Below, piece by piece: positions 39,337-55,599 of a DNA stretch of 64,000 nucleotides (position 1 is the first letter of the stretch; each line of letters starts with the position of its first letter). The stretch covers positions 64,480,001 to 64,544,000 of the forward strand of contig NC_043010.1 of NCBI RefSeq assembly GCF_006345805.1, written 5' to 3'. This DNA comes from Octopus sinensis (lineage: Eukaryota). The position numbers and the translations under genes were made by a program. A model generated the notes under the pieces. It had not been told where the DNA came from and made no database searches. It worked only from the letters and a program-made list of their open reading frames with translations.

Positions 39337-40133
39337 GCAGTCCTAGAGGGAGTGGGGGTACATAAGAAGACAGGGGAAGAAGAGAAAAAGGCAGAGAGAC
39401 ACGAAGAGAGAGAGAGAGAGTGTGTGAGAGGGACAGGTAGTTAGCTTGATAGAGAACGAAGGTAAAGTTAAAGAGATGAAGTGAATGGAGATAGACGGGA
39501 TCCGAGAAGGATATACAAAGGTGATACTTATTTTTCACATATATTGATTAATGAACAGTAGTTATACAGTTGTTTCTCAATCTATATAAGTTTTGCTCTA
39601 TGTTACATCTGCCCATTATTCTTTGGATGTACTAGAAAGACGACGAGGAGAGAAGTAAAGAGATGAAATGAATGTAGATGACCGCGGTCCGCGAATGACA
39701 TACGAAGAAAATACCTACATTTCACTTAAGTTATTCACTGAACAATAGTTAGACATTTGTTTCTCAATCCACTTTATCTTTCTGTATAGTACGTGTGCGG
39801 GACATGCTGTGTAAATAGTGGCTTTCAAAACACGAAGAAGCCACTTTTAAAGGATAAAAAACAGCCAAGAAGCAGACGATAGACACGTTACAAGTGCGCA
39901 TGCCTGAAACTGTGGTCTTACCAAGCCGCGTTGCAATTGAGAGAAGTGAGCGTTTGTGTAGCTTGTTCTGCCAAGTCGTTTACATGAAAAGATATATTTG
40001 ACGTTTGATAATATTGCAGATCACTCGAACATATGTAGATACTATGCATACATATATATATATATACGTTTTTATGTATTCTATGTACGTATGTACATCT
40101 CATGTATACATGAAACGTGTGGTGAAAGATAAG

Positions 40134-40238
<105 letters not shown>

Positions 40239-40983
40239 ATATATGTATAGTATACGTATGCACGTGAGCAGACACATACAACCAGAGACACACATAATCC
40301 CTCTGTCTCTCTGCGTCTCTCTCTTTCTCTCTTTTGTCCGTCTGTCTGTCTGTCTCACGCACACACAATGTAATATACCCTTAAATGAAGACATATATAT
40401 CATAAAGGGAGCGGTGATATACAGATGTATACTGATGCGTATAAACCAACCGAGCGACACATTTAGCCACAGGGTGAAATGAAAGTCTGCGGTAAATATG
40501 GGTTGGAGAAGAGAACGCGGTATTAATTTTTATATCGATATACAAACATAAATATACATCGATATATATATATATATATCTTTTACTCTTTTACTTGTTA
40601 CAGTGATTTGACTGCGGCCATGCTGGAGCACCGCCTTTAATCGAGCAACTCGACCCCAGGACTTATTGTTTTGTAAGCCCAGTACTTATTCTATCAGTCT
40701 CTTTTGCCGAACCGCTAAGTAACGGGGACATAAACACACCAGCATCGGTTGTCAAGCAATGCTAGGGGGACAAACACAGACATACAAACACACACGCACA
40801 CATATACATATATACGACGGGCTTCTTTAAGTTTCAGTCCACCAAATCGATTCACAAGGCTTAGGACGGCCCGGGGCTATGATAAAAGACACGTACCCAA
40901 GGTGCCACGCAGTGGGACTGAAGACCGAACCATTTCGTTGGCAAACAAGCTACTTACCACACAGTCATTCCTGCGCCTATATA

Positions 40984-41027
<44 letters not shown>

Positions 41028-43275
41028 GTCCTAGAGGGAGTAGGAGGTAAAGAAGAAGAGAGGGGGAGAAGAGAGAAAGGCGGTGAGACACAAAGAGAGA
41101 GAAAGAAAGAAAGTGAGAGAAACAGAGACAGAAAGGGAGAGAGAGAGAGTGTGTGAGAGGGACAGGTAGTTGGCTTGATAGAGAACGAAGGTAATGTTAA
41201 AGAGATGAAGTGAATGGAGATAGACGGGATCGGAGAAGGATATACAAAGATGATACTTATTTTTCACATGTATTGATTAATATACAGCAATTATACATTG
41301 GTTTCTCAATCTATATAAGTTTTGTTCTTTGTTACCTCTGCCTATTATTCTTTGGATGTACTAGAAAGACGACGAGGAGTGACGTAAAGGGATGAAATGA
41401 ATGTAGATGGCCGCGGTCCGAGAATGATATACAAAGAAAATACCTATATTTCACTTATGTTATTCACTGAACAATAGTTATATACATTTGTTTCTCAATC
41501 CACTTTATCTTTATGTTTAGTACGTGTGCGGAACATTCTGTGTAAATAGTGGCTTTCAAAACACGAAGAAGCCTCTTTTAAAGGATAAAAAACAGCCAAA
41601 CGATCATTTATCATCACACTGAAATGTGGAGTTATGTTGAAGTTTGCATCACTTTTGAAATATTCTAACGAGTAACATTCTAATAATTAAATGGCAACTT
41701 CTTAACACTTGGTACACGAAAATAGATTGAAGTACGGTATGTATAAGACAAAGACTATATGAACCGATAAAAACAAAGGATTGTGTGATACTGGAACTTG
41801 ATAAGTATTGCAATATTCTCTCTTACAATATGGTTTTAAAGAATTTATCGTGGACATGAATGTAATAACATTATGATCAAGAAAGGAGAAAAGCTTCTAC
41901 GAAGTTTCAAATTGTGATAAAAAAATACAAAATGTTTTCCTTTTCAAATCTCTTCTTCCCGAAGCTTACATTTAGAATGATACGAAAATGTACAATGTGT
42001 GGATTATAGTGGATTGGAAGAAAGCTTTCTACATACCGTATGTTACCATGAAGTAGCGTAGGAAACGTTTGGTGAATCTTCATATTTCTTGTAGCATGAT
42101 TAAGAATAAAGAAGAATTCATAAAATTGTGTGATTTTGAAAGAAATTATAGTATTTTGTTGGAATGCCAGCGAAGGTGTGCATATGTTTCATCGGTCGAT
42201 TCTCATCAGCAAGAAGCAGACGATAGACACGTTACAAGTGCGCATGCCTGAAACTGTGGTCTTACCAAGCCGCGTTGCAATTGAGAGAAGTGAGCGTTTG
42301 TGTAGCTTGTTCTGCCAAGTCGTTTACATGAAAAGATATCTTTGACGTTTGATAATATTGCAGATCACTCGAACATATGTAGATACTATGCATACATATA
42401 TATATATATACGTTTTTATGTATTCTATGTACGTATGTATACATATGTATATGTATTTTATGTACGTATGTATACATATATATATATACGTTTTATGTAT
42501 TTTATGTACGTATGTATATTTCATGTATACATGAATTGTGTGGTGAAAGATAAGGTACATATATATATATACATATGCACGTGAGAAGACATACACACAC
42601 ATACAACCAGAGACACACATAATCCCTCTGTCTCTCTGCGTCTCTCTCTTTCTCTCTTTTGTCCGTCTGTCTGTCTCACGCACACACAATGTAATATACC
42701 CAGAAATGAAGACACATGTATCATAAACGGAGCGGTGATATACAGATGTATAATGATGCGTATAAACCAACCGAGCGACACATTTAGCCACAGGGTAAAA
42801 TGTAAGTCTGCGGTAAATATGGGTTGGAGAAGAGAACGCGGGATTAATTTTTATATCGATATACAAACATAAATATATATCGATATATATATATATATCT
42901 TTTACTCTTTTACTTTTACTTGTTACAGTGATTTGACTGCGGCCATGCTGGAGCACCGCCTTTAATCGAGCAACTCGACCCCAGGACTTATTCTTTGTAA
43001 GCCCAGTACTTATTCTATCAGTCTCTTTTGCCGAACCGCTATGTAACGGGGACATAAACACACCAGTATCGGTTGTCAAGCAACGCTAAGGGGACAAACA
43101 CAGGCATACAAAACACACACGCACACATATACATATATACGACGGGCTTCTTTAAGTTTCCGTCTACTAAATCCACTCACAAGGCTTTGGTCGGCCCGAG
43201 CCTATAGTAAAAACAAATTGCCCAAGGTGCCATGTGGTTGGTAAACAAGCTATTTACCACACAGCCACTCCTGCT

Positions 43276-43360
<85 letters not shown>

Positions 43361-44867
43361 GCAGTCCTAGAGGAAGTAGGGGTAGAGAAGAAGAGAGGGG
43401 GAGAAGAGAGGAAGGCGGAGAGACACAAAGAGAGAGAGAGAGAGAATGAGAGAGAGTGTGTGTGAGAGGGACAGGTAGTTAGTTTGATAGAGAACGAAGG
43501 TAAAGTTAAAGAGATGAAGTGAATGGAGATAGACGGGATCGGAGAAGGATATACAAAGATGATACTTATTTTTCACATGTATAGATTAATGAACAGTAGT
43601 TATACATTTGTTTCTCAATCTATATAAGTTTTGCTCTATGTTACATCTGCCCATTTTTCTTTGGTTGTACTAGAAAGACGACAAGGAGTGAAATAAAGGG
43701 ATGAAATGAATGTAGATGACCGCGGTCCGAGAATGATATACAAAGAAAATACCTATATTTCACTTATGTTATTCACTGAACAATAGTTATATACATTTGT
43801 TTCTCAATTCACTTTATCTTTCTGTATAGTACGTGTGCGGAACATTCTGTGTAAATAGTGGCTTTCAAAACACGAAGAAGCCTCTTTTAAAGGATAAAAA
43901 ACAGCCAAACGATCATTTATCATCACACTGAAATGTGGAGTTATGTTGAAGTTTGCATCACAGTTGAAATATTCTAACGAGTAACATTCCAATAAGTAAA
44001 TGGCAACTTCTTAACACTTGGTACACGTAAATAGATTGAAGTACGGTATGTATAAGAGGAAGACTATATGGACCGATAAAAACAAAGGATTGTGTGATAC
44101 TGGAAGTTGATAAGAATTGCAATATTCTCTCTTACAATATTGTTTTAAAGAATGTATCGTGGACATGGATGTTATAACATTACGATCAAGAAAAGAGAAA
44201 AGCTTCTACGAAGTTTCAAATTGTGATAAAAAAATACAAAATGTTTTCCTTTTCAAATCTCTTCTTCCCGAAGCTTACATTTAGAATGATACGAAAATGT
44301 ACAATGTGTGGATTATAGTGGACTGGAAGAAACTTTCTACATACCGTATATTACCATGAAGTAGCGTAGGAAACGTTTGGTTAATCTTCATATTTCTTGT
44401 AGCATGATTAAGAATAAAGAAGAATTCATAAACTTGTGTGATTTTGAAAGAAATTATAGTATTTTGTTGGAATGTCAGCGAAGGTGTGCATATGTTTCAT
44501 CGGTCGATTCTCATCAGCAAGAAGCAGACGATAGACACGTTACAAGTGCGCATGCCTGAAACTGTGGTCTTACCAAGCCGCGTTGCAATTGAGAGAAGTG
44601 AGCGTTTGTGTAGCTTGTTCTGCCAAGTCGTTTACATGAAAAGATATATTTGACGTTTGATAATATTGCAGATCACTCGAACATATGTAGATACTATGCA
44701 TACATATATATATATATACGTTTTTATGTATTCTATGTACGTATGTATACATATGTATATGTATTTTATGTACGTATGTATACATATATATATATACGTT
44801 TTTATGTATTTTATGTACGTATGTATATTTCATGTATACATGAATTGTGTGGTGAAAGATAAGGTAC

Positions 44868-44945
<78 letters not shown>

Positions 44946-46092
44946 GTAAGCAGACACACACACACATACAACCAGAGACACTCATAATCCCTCTGTCTCT
45001 CTGCGTCTCTCTCTTTGTCTCTTTTGTCCGTCTGTCTGTCTGTCTGTCTCACGCACACACAATGTAATATACCCTTAAATGAAGACATATATATCATAAA
45101 GGGAGCGGTGATATACAGATATATACTGATGCGTATAAACCAACCGAGCGACACATTTAGCCACGGGGTAAAATGTAAGTCTGCGGTAAATATGGGTTGG
45201 ATAAGAGAACGCGGTATTAATTTTTATATCGATATACAAACATACATATGTATCGATATATATATATATATATATCTTTTACTCTTTTACTTGTTACAGT
45301 GATTTGACTGCGGCCATGTATACATGAATTGTGTGGTGAAAGATAAGGTACATATATATATATACATATGCACGTGAGAAGACATACACACACATACAAT
45401 CAGAGACACACATAATCCCTCTGTCTCTCTGCGTCTCTCTCTTTCTCTCTTTTGTCCGTCTGTCTGTCTCACTCACACACAATGTAATATACCCAGAAAT
45501 GAAGACACATGTATCATAAACGGAGCGGTGATATACAGATGTATAATGATGCGTATAAACCAACCGAGCGACACATTTAGCCACAGGGTAAAATGTAAGT
45601 CTGCGGTAAATATGGGTTGGAGAAGAGAACGCGGGATTAATTTTTATATCGATATACAAACATAAATATATATCGATATATATATATATATCTTTTACTC
45701 TTTTACTTTTACTTGTTACAGTGATTTGACTGCGGCCATGCTGGAGCACCGCCTTTAATCGAGCAACTCGACCCCAGGACTTATTCTTTTGTAAGCCCAG
45801 TACTTATTCTATCAGTCTCTTTTGCCGAACCGCTAAGTAACGGGGACATAAACACACCAGCATCGGTTGTCAAGCAACGCTAGGGGACAAACACAGACAT
45901 ACAAAACACACACGCACACATATACATATATACGACGGGCTTCTTTAAGTTTCCGTCCACCAAATCGATTCACAAGGCTTAGGACGGCCCGGGGCTATGA
46001 TAAAAACACGTACCCAAGGTGCCACGCAGTGGGACTGAAGACCGAACCATTTCGTTGGCAAACAAGCTACTTACCACACAGTCATTCCTGCG

Positions 46093-46154
<62 letters not shown>

Positions 46155-48399
46155 GTCCTAGAGGGAGTAGGAGGTAAAGAAGAAGAGAGGGGGAGAAGAG
46201 AGAAAGGCGGGAGACACAAAGAGAGAGAAAGAAGAAAGTGAGAGAAACAGAGACAGAAAGGGAGAGAGAGAGAGTGTGTGAGAGGGACAGGTAGTTGCTT
46301 GATAGAGAACGAAGGTAATGTTAAAGAGATGAAGTGAATGGAGATAGACGGGATCGGAGAAGGATATACAAAGATGATACTTATTTTTCACATGTATTGA
46401 TTAATATACAGCAATTATACATTGTTTCTCAATCTATATAAGTTTTGTTCTTTGTTACCTCTGCCTATTATTCTTTGGATGTACTAGAAAGACGACGAGG
46501 AGTGACGTAAAGGGATGAAATGAATGTAGATGGCCGCGGTCCGAGAATGATATACAAAGAAAATACCTATATTTCACTTATGTTATTCACTGAACAATAG
46601 TTATATACATTTGTTTCTCAATCCACTTTATCTTTATGTTTAGTACGTGTGCGGAACATTCTGTGTAAATAGTGGCTTTCAAAACACGAAGAAGCCTCTT
46701 TTAAAGGATAAAAAACAGCCAAACGATCATTTATCATCACACTGAAATGTGGAGTTATGTTGAAGTTTGCATCACTTTTGAAATATTCTAACGAGTAACA
46801 TTCTAATAATTAAATGGCAACTTCTTAACACTTGGTACACGAAAATAGATTGAAGTACGGTATGTATAAGACAAAGACTATATGAACCGATAAAAACAAA
46901 GGATTGTGTGATACTGGAACTTGATAAGTATTGCAATATTCTCTCTTACAATATGGTTTTAAAGAATTTATCGTGGACATGAATGTAATAACATTATGAT
47001 CAAGAAAGGAGAAAAGCTTCTACGAAGTTTCAAATTGTGATAAAAAAATACAAAATGTTTTCCTTTTCAAATCTCTTCTTCCCGAAGCTTACATTTAGAA
47101 TGATACGAAAATGTACAATGTGTGGATTATAGTGGATTGGAAGAAAGCTTTCTACATACCGTATGTTACCATGAAGTAGCGTAGGAAACGTTTGGTGAAT
47201 CTTCATATTTCTTGTAGCATGATTAAGAATAAAGAAGAATTCATAAACTTGTGTGATTTTGAAAGAAATTATAGTATTTTGTTGGAATGTCAGCGAAGGT
47301 GTGCATATGTTTCATCGGTCGATTCTCATCAGCAAGAAGCAGACGATAGACACGTTACAAGTGCGCATGCCTGAAACTGTGGTCTTACCAAGCCGCGTTG
47401 CAATTGAGAGAAGTGAGCGTTTGTGTAGCTTGTTCTGCCAAGTCGTTTACATGAAAAGATATCTTTGACGTTTGATAATATTGCAGATCACTCGAACATA
47501 TGTAGATACTATGCATACATATATATATATATACGTTTTTATGTATTCTATGTACGTATGTATACATATGTATATGTATTTTATGTACGTATGTATACAT
47601 ATATATATATACGTTTTTATGTATTTTATGTACGTATGTATATTTCATGTATACATGAATTGTGTGGTGAAAGATAAGGTACATATATATATATACATAT
47701 GCACGTGAGAAGACATACACACACATACAACCAGAGACACACATAATCCCTCTGTCTCTCTGCGTCTCTCTCTTTCTCTCTTTTGTCCGTCTGTCTGTCT
47801 CACGCACACACAATGTAATATACCCAGAAATGAAGACACATGTATCATAAACGGAGCGGTGATATACAGATGTATAATGATGCGTATAAACCAACCGAGC
47901 GACACATTTAGCCACAGGGTAAAATGTAAGTCTGCGGTAAATATGGGTTGGAGAAGAGAACGCGGGATTAATTTTTATATCGATATACAAACATAAATAT
48001 ATATCGATATATATATATATATCTTTTACTCTTTTACTTTTACTTGTTACAGTGATTTGACTGCGGCCATGCTGGAGCACCGCCTTTAATCGAGCAACTC
48101 GACCCCAGGACTTATTCTTTTGTAAGCCCAGTACTTATTCTATCAGTCTCTTTTGCCGAACCGCTATGTAACGGGGACATAAACACACCAGTATCGGTTG
48201 TCAAGCAACGCTAAGGGGACAAACACAGGCATACAAAACACACACGCACACATATACATATATACGACGGGCTTCTTTAAGTTTCCGTCTACTAAATCCA
48301 CTCACAAGGCTTTGGTCGGCCCGAGCCTATAGTAAAAACAAATTGCCCAAGGTGCCATGTGGTTGGTAAACAAGCTATTACCACACAGCCACTCCTGCT

Positions 48400-48470
<71 letters not shown>

Positions 48471-49990
48471 GCAGTCCTAGAGGAAGTAGGGGTAGAGAAG
48501 AAGAGAGGGGGAGAAGAGAGGAAGGCGGAGAGACACAAAGAGAGAGAAAGAAAGAAAGGGAGAGAGAGAATGAGAGAGAGTGTGTGTGAGAGGGACAGGT
48601 AGTTAGCTTGATAGAGAACGAAGGTAAAGTTAAAGAGATGAAGTGAATGGAGATAGACGGGATCGGAGAAGGATATACAAAGATGATACTTATTTTTCAC
48701 ATGTATAGATTAATGAACAGTAGTTATACATTTGTTTCTCAATCTATATAAGTTTTGCTCTATGTTACATCTGCCCATTTTTCTTTGGTTGTACTAGAAA
48801 GACGACAAGGAGTGAAATAAAGGGATGAAATGAATGTAGATGACCGCGGTCCGAGAATGATATACAAAGAAAATACCTATATTTCACTTATGTTATTCAC
48901 TGAACAATAGTTATATACATTTGTTTCTCAATTCACTTTATCTTTCTGTATAGTACGTGTGCGGAACATTCTGTGTAAATAGTGGCTTTCAAAACACGAA
49001 GAAGCCTCTTTTAAAGGATAAAAAACAGCCAAACGATCATTTATCATCACACTGAAATGTGGAGTTATGTTGAAGTTTGCATCACAGTTGAAATATTCTA
49101 ACGAGTAACATTCCAATAAGTAAATGGCAACTTCTTAACACTTGGTACACGTAAATAGATTGAAGTACGGTATGTATAAGAGGAAGACTATATGGACCGA
49201 TAAAACAAAGGATTGTGTGATACTGGAAGTTGATAAGAATTGCAATATTCTCTCTTACAATATTGTTTTAAAGAATGTATCGTGGACATGGATGTTATAA
49301 CATTACGATCAAGAAAAGAGAAAAGCTTCTACGAAGTTTCAAATTGTGATAAAAAAATACAAAATGTTTTCCTTTTCAAATCTCTTCTTCCCGAAGCTTA
49401 CATTTAGAATGATACGAAAATGTACAATGTGTGGATTATAGTGGACTGGAAGAAACTTTCTACATACCGTATATTACCATGAAGTAGCGTAGGAAACGTT
49501 TGGTTAATCTTCATATTTCTTGTAGCATGATTAAGAATAAAGAAGAATTCATAAACTTGTGTGATTTTGAAAGAAATTATAGTATTTTGTTGGAATGTCA
49601 GCGAAGGTGTGCATATGTTTCATCGGTCGATTCTCATCAGCAAGAAGCAGACGATAGACACGTTACAAGTGCGCATGCCTGAAACTGTGGTCTTACCAAG
49701 CCGCGTTGCAATTGAGAGAAGTGAGCGTTTGTGTAGCTTGTTCTGCCAAGTCGTTTACATGAAAAGATATATTTGACGTTTGATAATATTGCAGATCACT
49801 CGAACATATGTAGATACTATGCATACATATATATATATATACGTTTTTATGTATTCTATGTACGTATGTATACATATGTATATGTATTTTATGTACGTAT
49901 GTATACATATATATATATACGTTTTTATGTATTTTATGTACGTATGTATATTTCATGTATACATGAATTGTGTGGTGAAAGATAAGGTAC

Positions 49991-50058
<68 letters not shown>

Positions 50059-51182
50059 GTAAGCAGACACACACACACATACAACCAGAGACACTCATAA
50101 TCCCTCTGTCTCTCTGCGTCTCTCTCTTTGTCTCTTTTGTCCGTCTGTCTGTCTGTCTGTCTCACGCACACACAATGTAATATACCCTTAAATGAAGACA
50201 TATATATCATAAAGGGAGCGGTGATATACAGATATATACTGATGCGTATAAACCAACCGAGCGACACATTTAGCCACGGGGTAAAATGTAAGTCTGCGGT
50301 AAATATGGGTTGGATAAGAGAACGCGGTATTAATTTTTATATCGATATACAAACATACATATGTATCGATATATATATATATATATATCTTTTACTCTTT
50401 TACTTGTTACAGTGATTTGACTGCGGCCATGTATACATGAATTGTGTGGTGAAAGATAAGGTACATATATATATATACATATGCACGTGAGAAGACATAC
50501 ACACACATACAATCAGAGACACACATAATCCCTCTGTCTCTCTGCGTCTCTCTCTTTCTCTCTTTTGTCCGTCTGTCTGTCTCACTCACACACAATGTAA
50601 TATACCCAGAAATGAAGACACATGTATCATAAACGGAGCGGTGATATACAGATGTATAATGATGCGTATAAACCAACCGAGCGACACATTTAGCCACAGG
50701 GTAAAATGTAAGTCTGCGGTAAATATGGGTTGGAGAAGAGAACGCGGGATTAATTTTTATATCGATATACAAACATAAATATATATCGATATATATATAT
50801 ATATCTTTTACTCTTTTACTTTTACTTGTTACAGTGATTTGACTGCGGCCATGCTGGAGCACCGCCTTTAATCGAGCAACTCGACCCCAGGACTTATTCT
50901 TTTGTAAGCCCAGTACTTATTCTATCAGTCTGTTTTGCCGAACCGCTAAGTAACGGGGACATAAACACACCAGTATCGTTTGTCAAGCAATGCTAGAGGG
51001 ACAAACACAGGCATACAAAACACACACGCACACATATACATATATACGACGGGCTTCTTTAAGTTTCCGTCTACTAAATCCACCCACAAGGCTTTGGTCG
51101 GCCCGAGCCTATAGTAAAAACAAATTGCCCAAGGTGCCATGTGGTTGGTAAACAAGCTACTTACCACACAGCCACTCCTGCT

Positions 51183-51263
<81 letters not shown>

Positions 51264-52770
51264 GCAGTCCTAGAGGAAGTAGGGGTAGAGAAGAAGAGAG
51301 GGGGAGAAGAGAGGAAGGCGGAGAGACACAAAGAGAGAGAGAGAGAGAATGAGAGAGAGTGTGTGTGAGAGGGACAGGTAGTTAGTTTGATAGAGAACGA
51401 AGGTAAAGTTAAAGAGATGAAGTGAATGGAGATAGACGGGATCGGAGAAGGATATACAAAGATGATACTTATTTTTCACATGTATAGATTAATGAACAGT
51501 AGTTATACATTTGTTTCTCAATCTATATAAGTTTTGCTCTATGTTACATCTGCCCATTTTTCTTTGGTTGTACTAGAAAGACGACAAGGAGTGAAATAAA
51601 GGGATGAAATGAATGTAGATGACCGCGGTCCGAGAATGATATACAAAGAAAATACCTATATTTCACTTATGTTATTCACTGAACAATAGTTATATACATT
51701 TGTTTCTCAATTCACTTTATCTTTCTGTATAGTACGTGTGCGGAACATTCTGTGTAAATAGTGGCTTTCAAAACACGAAGAAGCCTCTTTTAAAGGATAA
51801 AAAACAGCCAAACGATCATTTATCATCACACTGAAATGTGGAGTTATGTTGAAGTTTGCATCACAGTTGAAATATTCTAACGAGTAACATTCCAATAAGT
51901 AAATGGCAACTTCTTAACACTTGGTACACGTAAATAGATTGAAGTACGGTATGTATAAGAGGAAGACTATATGGACCGATAAAAACAAAGGATTGTGTGA
52001 TACTGGAAGTTGATAAGAATTGCAATATTCTCTCTTACAATATTGTTTTAAAGAATGTATCGTGGACATGGATGTTATAACATTACGATCAAGAAAAGAG
52101 AAAAGCTTCTACGAAGTTTCAAATTGTGATAAAAAAATACAAAATGTTTTCCTTTTCAAATCTCTTCTTCCCGAAGCTTACATTTAGAATGATACGAAAA
52201 TGTACAATGTGTGGATTATAGTGGACTGGAAGAAACTTTCTACATACCGTATATTACCATGAAGTAGCGTAGGAAACGTTTGGTTAATCTTCATATTTCT
52301 TGTAGCATGATTAAGAATAAAGAAGAATTCATAAACTTGTGTGATTTTGAAAGAAATTATAGTATTTTGTTGGAATGTCAGCGAAGGTGTGCATATGTTT
52401 CATCGGTCGATTCTCATCAGCAAGAAGCAGACGATAGACACGTTACAAGTGCGCATGCCTGAAACTGTGGTCTTACCAAGCCGCGTTGCAATTGAGAGAA
52501 GTGAGCGTTTGTGTAGCTTGTTCTGCCAAGTCGTTTACATGAAAAGATATCTTTGACGTTTGATAATATTGCAGATCACTCGAACATATGTAGATACTAT
52601 GCATACATATATATATATATACGTTTTTATGTATTCTATGTACGTATGTATACATATGTATATGTATTTTATGTACGTATGTATACATATATATATATAC
52701 GTTTTTATGTATTTTATGTACGTATGTATATTTCATGTATACATGAATTGTGTGGTGAAAGATAAGGTAC

Positions 52771-52834
<64 letters not shown>

Positions 52835-53958
52835 GTAAGCAGACACACACACACATACAACCAGAGACACTCATAATCCCTCTGTCTCTCTGCGTCTCTC
52901 TCTTTGTCTCTTTTGTCCGTCTGTCTGTCTGTCTGTCTCACGCACACACAATGTAATATACCCTTAAATGAAGACATATATATCATAAAGGGAGCGGTGA
53001 TATACAGATATATACTGATGCGTATAAACCAACCGAGCGACACATTTAGCCACGGGGTAAAATGTAAGTCTGCGGTAAATATGGGTTGGATAAGAGAACG
53101 CGGTATTAATTTTTATATCGATATACAAACATACATATGTATCGATATATATATATATATATATCTTTTACTCTTTTACTTGTTACAGTGATTTGACTGC
53201 GGCCATGTATACATGAATTGTGTGGTGAAAGATAAGGTACATATATATATATACATATGCACGTGAGAAGACATACACACACATACAACCAGAGACACAC
53301 ATAATCCCTCTGTCTCTCTGCGTCTCTCTCTTTCTCTCTTTTGTCCGTCTGTCTGTCTCACTCACACACAATGTAATATACCCAGAAATGAAGACACATG
53401 TATCATAAACGGAGCGGTGATATACAGATGTATAATGATGCGTATAAACCAACCGAGCGACACATTTAGCCACAGGGTAAAATGTAAGTCTGCGGTAAAT
53501 ATGGGTTGGAGAAGAGAACGCGGGATTAATTTTTATATCGATATACAAACATAAATATATATCGATATATATATATATATCTTTTACTCTTTTACTTTTA
53601 CTTGTTACAGTGATTTGACTGCGGCCATGCTGGAGCACCGCCTTTAATCGAGCAACTCGACCCCAGGACTTATTCTTTTGTAAGCCCAGTACTTATTCTA
53701 TCAGTCTCTTTTGCCGAACCGCTATGTAACGGGGACATAAACACACCAGTATCGGTTGTCAAGCAACGCTAAGGGGACAAACACAGGCATACAAAACACA
53801 CACGCACACATATACATATATACGACGGGCTTCTTTAAGTTTCCGTCTACTAAATCCACTCACAAGGCTTTGGTCGGCCCGAGCCTATAGTAAAAACAAA
53901 TTGCCCAAGGTGCCATGTGGTTGGTAAACAAGCTACTTACCACACAGCCACTCCTGCT

Positions 53959-54019
<61 letters not shown>

Positions 54020-55527
54020 GCAGTCCTAGAGGAAGTAGGGGTAGAGAAGAAGAGAGGGGGAGAAGAGAGGAAGGCGGAGAGACACAAAGAGAGAGAGAGA
54101 GAGAATGAGAGAGAGTGTGTGTGAGAGGGACAGGTAGTTAGTTTGATAGAGAACGAAGGTAAAGTTAAAGAGATGAAGTGAATGGAGATAGACGGGATCG
54201 GAGAAGGATATACAAAGATGATACTTATTTTTCACATGTATAGATTAATGAACAGTAGTTATACATTTGTTTCTCAATCTATATAAGTTTTGCTCTATGT
54301 TACATCTGCCCATTTTTCTTTGGTTGTACTAGAAAGACGACAAGGAGTGAAATAAAGGGATGAAATGAATGTAGATGACCGCGGTCCGAGAATGATATAC
54401 AAAGAAAATACCTATATTTCACTTATGTTATTCACTGAACAATAGTTATATACATTTGTTTCTCAATTCACTTTATCTTTCTGTATAGTACGTGTGCGGA
54501 ACATTCTGTGTAAATAGTGGCTTTCAAAACACGAAGAAGCCTCTTTTAAAGGATAAAAAACAGCCAAACGATCATTTATCATCACACTGAAATGTGGAGT
54601 TATGTTGAAGTTTGCATCACAGTTGAAATATTCTAACGAGTAACATTCCAATAAGTAAATGGCAACTTCTTAACACTTGGTACACGTAAATAGATTGAAG
54701 TACGGTATGTATAAGAGGAAGACTATATGGACCGATAAAACAAAGGATTGTGTGATACTGGAAGTTGATAAGAATTGCAATATTCTCTCTTACAATATTG
54801 TTTTAAAGAATGTATCGTGGACATGGATGTTATAACATTACGATCAAGAAAAGAGAAAAGCTTCTACGAAGTTTCAAATTGTGATAAAAAAATACAAAAT
54901 GTTTTCCTTTTCAAATCTCTTCTTCCCGAAGCTTACATTTAGAATGATACGAAAATGTACAATGTGTGGATTATAGTGGACTGGAAGAAACTTTCTACAT
55001 ACCGTATATTACCATGAAGTAGCGTAGGAAACGTTTGGTTAATCTTCATATTTCTTGTAGCATGATTAAGAATAAAGAAGAATTCATAAACTTGTGTGAT
55101 TTTGAAAGAAATTATAGTATTTTGTTGGAATGTCAGCGAAGGTGTGCATATGTTTCATCGGTCGATTCTCATCAGCAAGAAGCAGACGATAGACACGTTA
55201 CAAGTGCGCATGCCTGAAACTGTGGTCTTACCAAGCCGCGTTGCAATTGAGAGAAGTGAGCGTTTGTGTAGCTTGTTCTGCCAAGTCGTTTACATGAAAA
55301 GATATCTTTGACGTTTGATAATATTGCAGATCACTCGAACATATGTAGATACTATGCATACATATATATATATATATACGTTTTTATGTATTCTATGTAC
55401 GTATGTATACATATGTATATGTATTTTATGTACGTATGTATACATATATATATATACGTTTTTATGTATTTTATGTACGTATGTATATTTCATGTATACA
55501 TGAATTGTGTGGTGAAAGATAAGGTAC

Positions 55528-55599
<72 letters not shown>

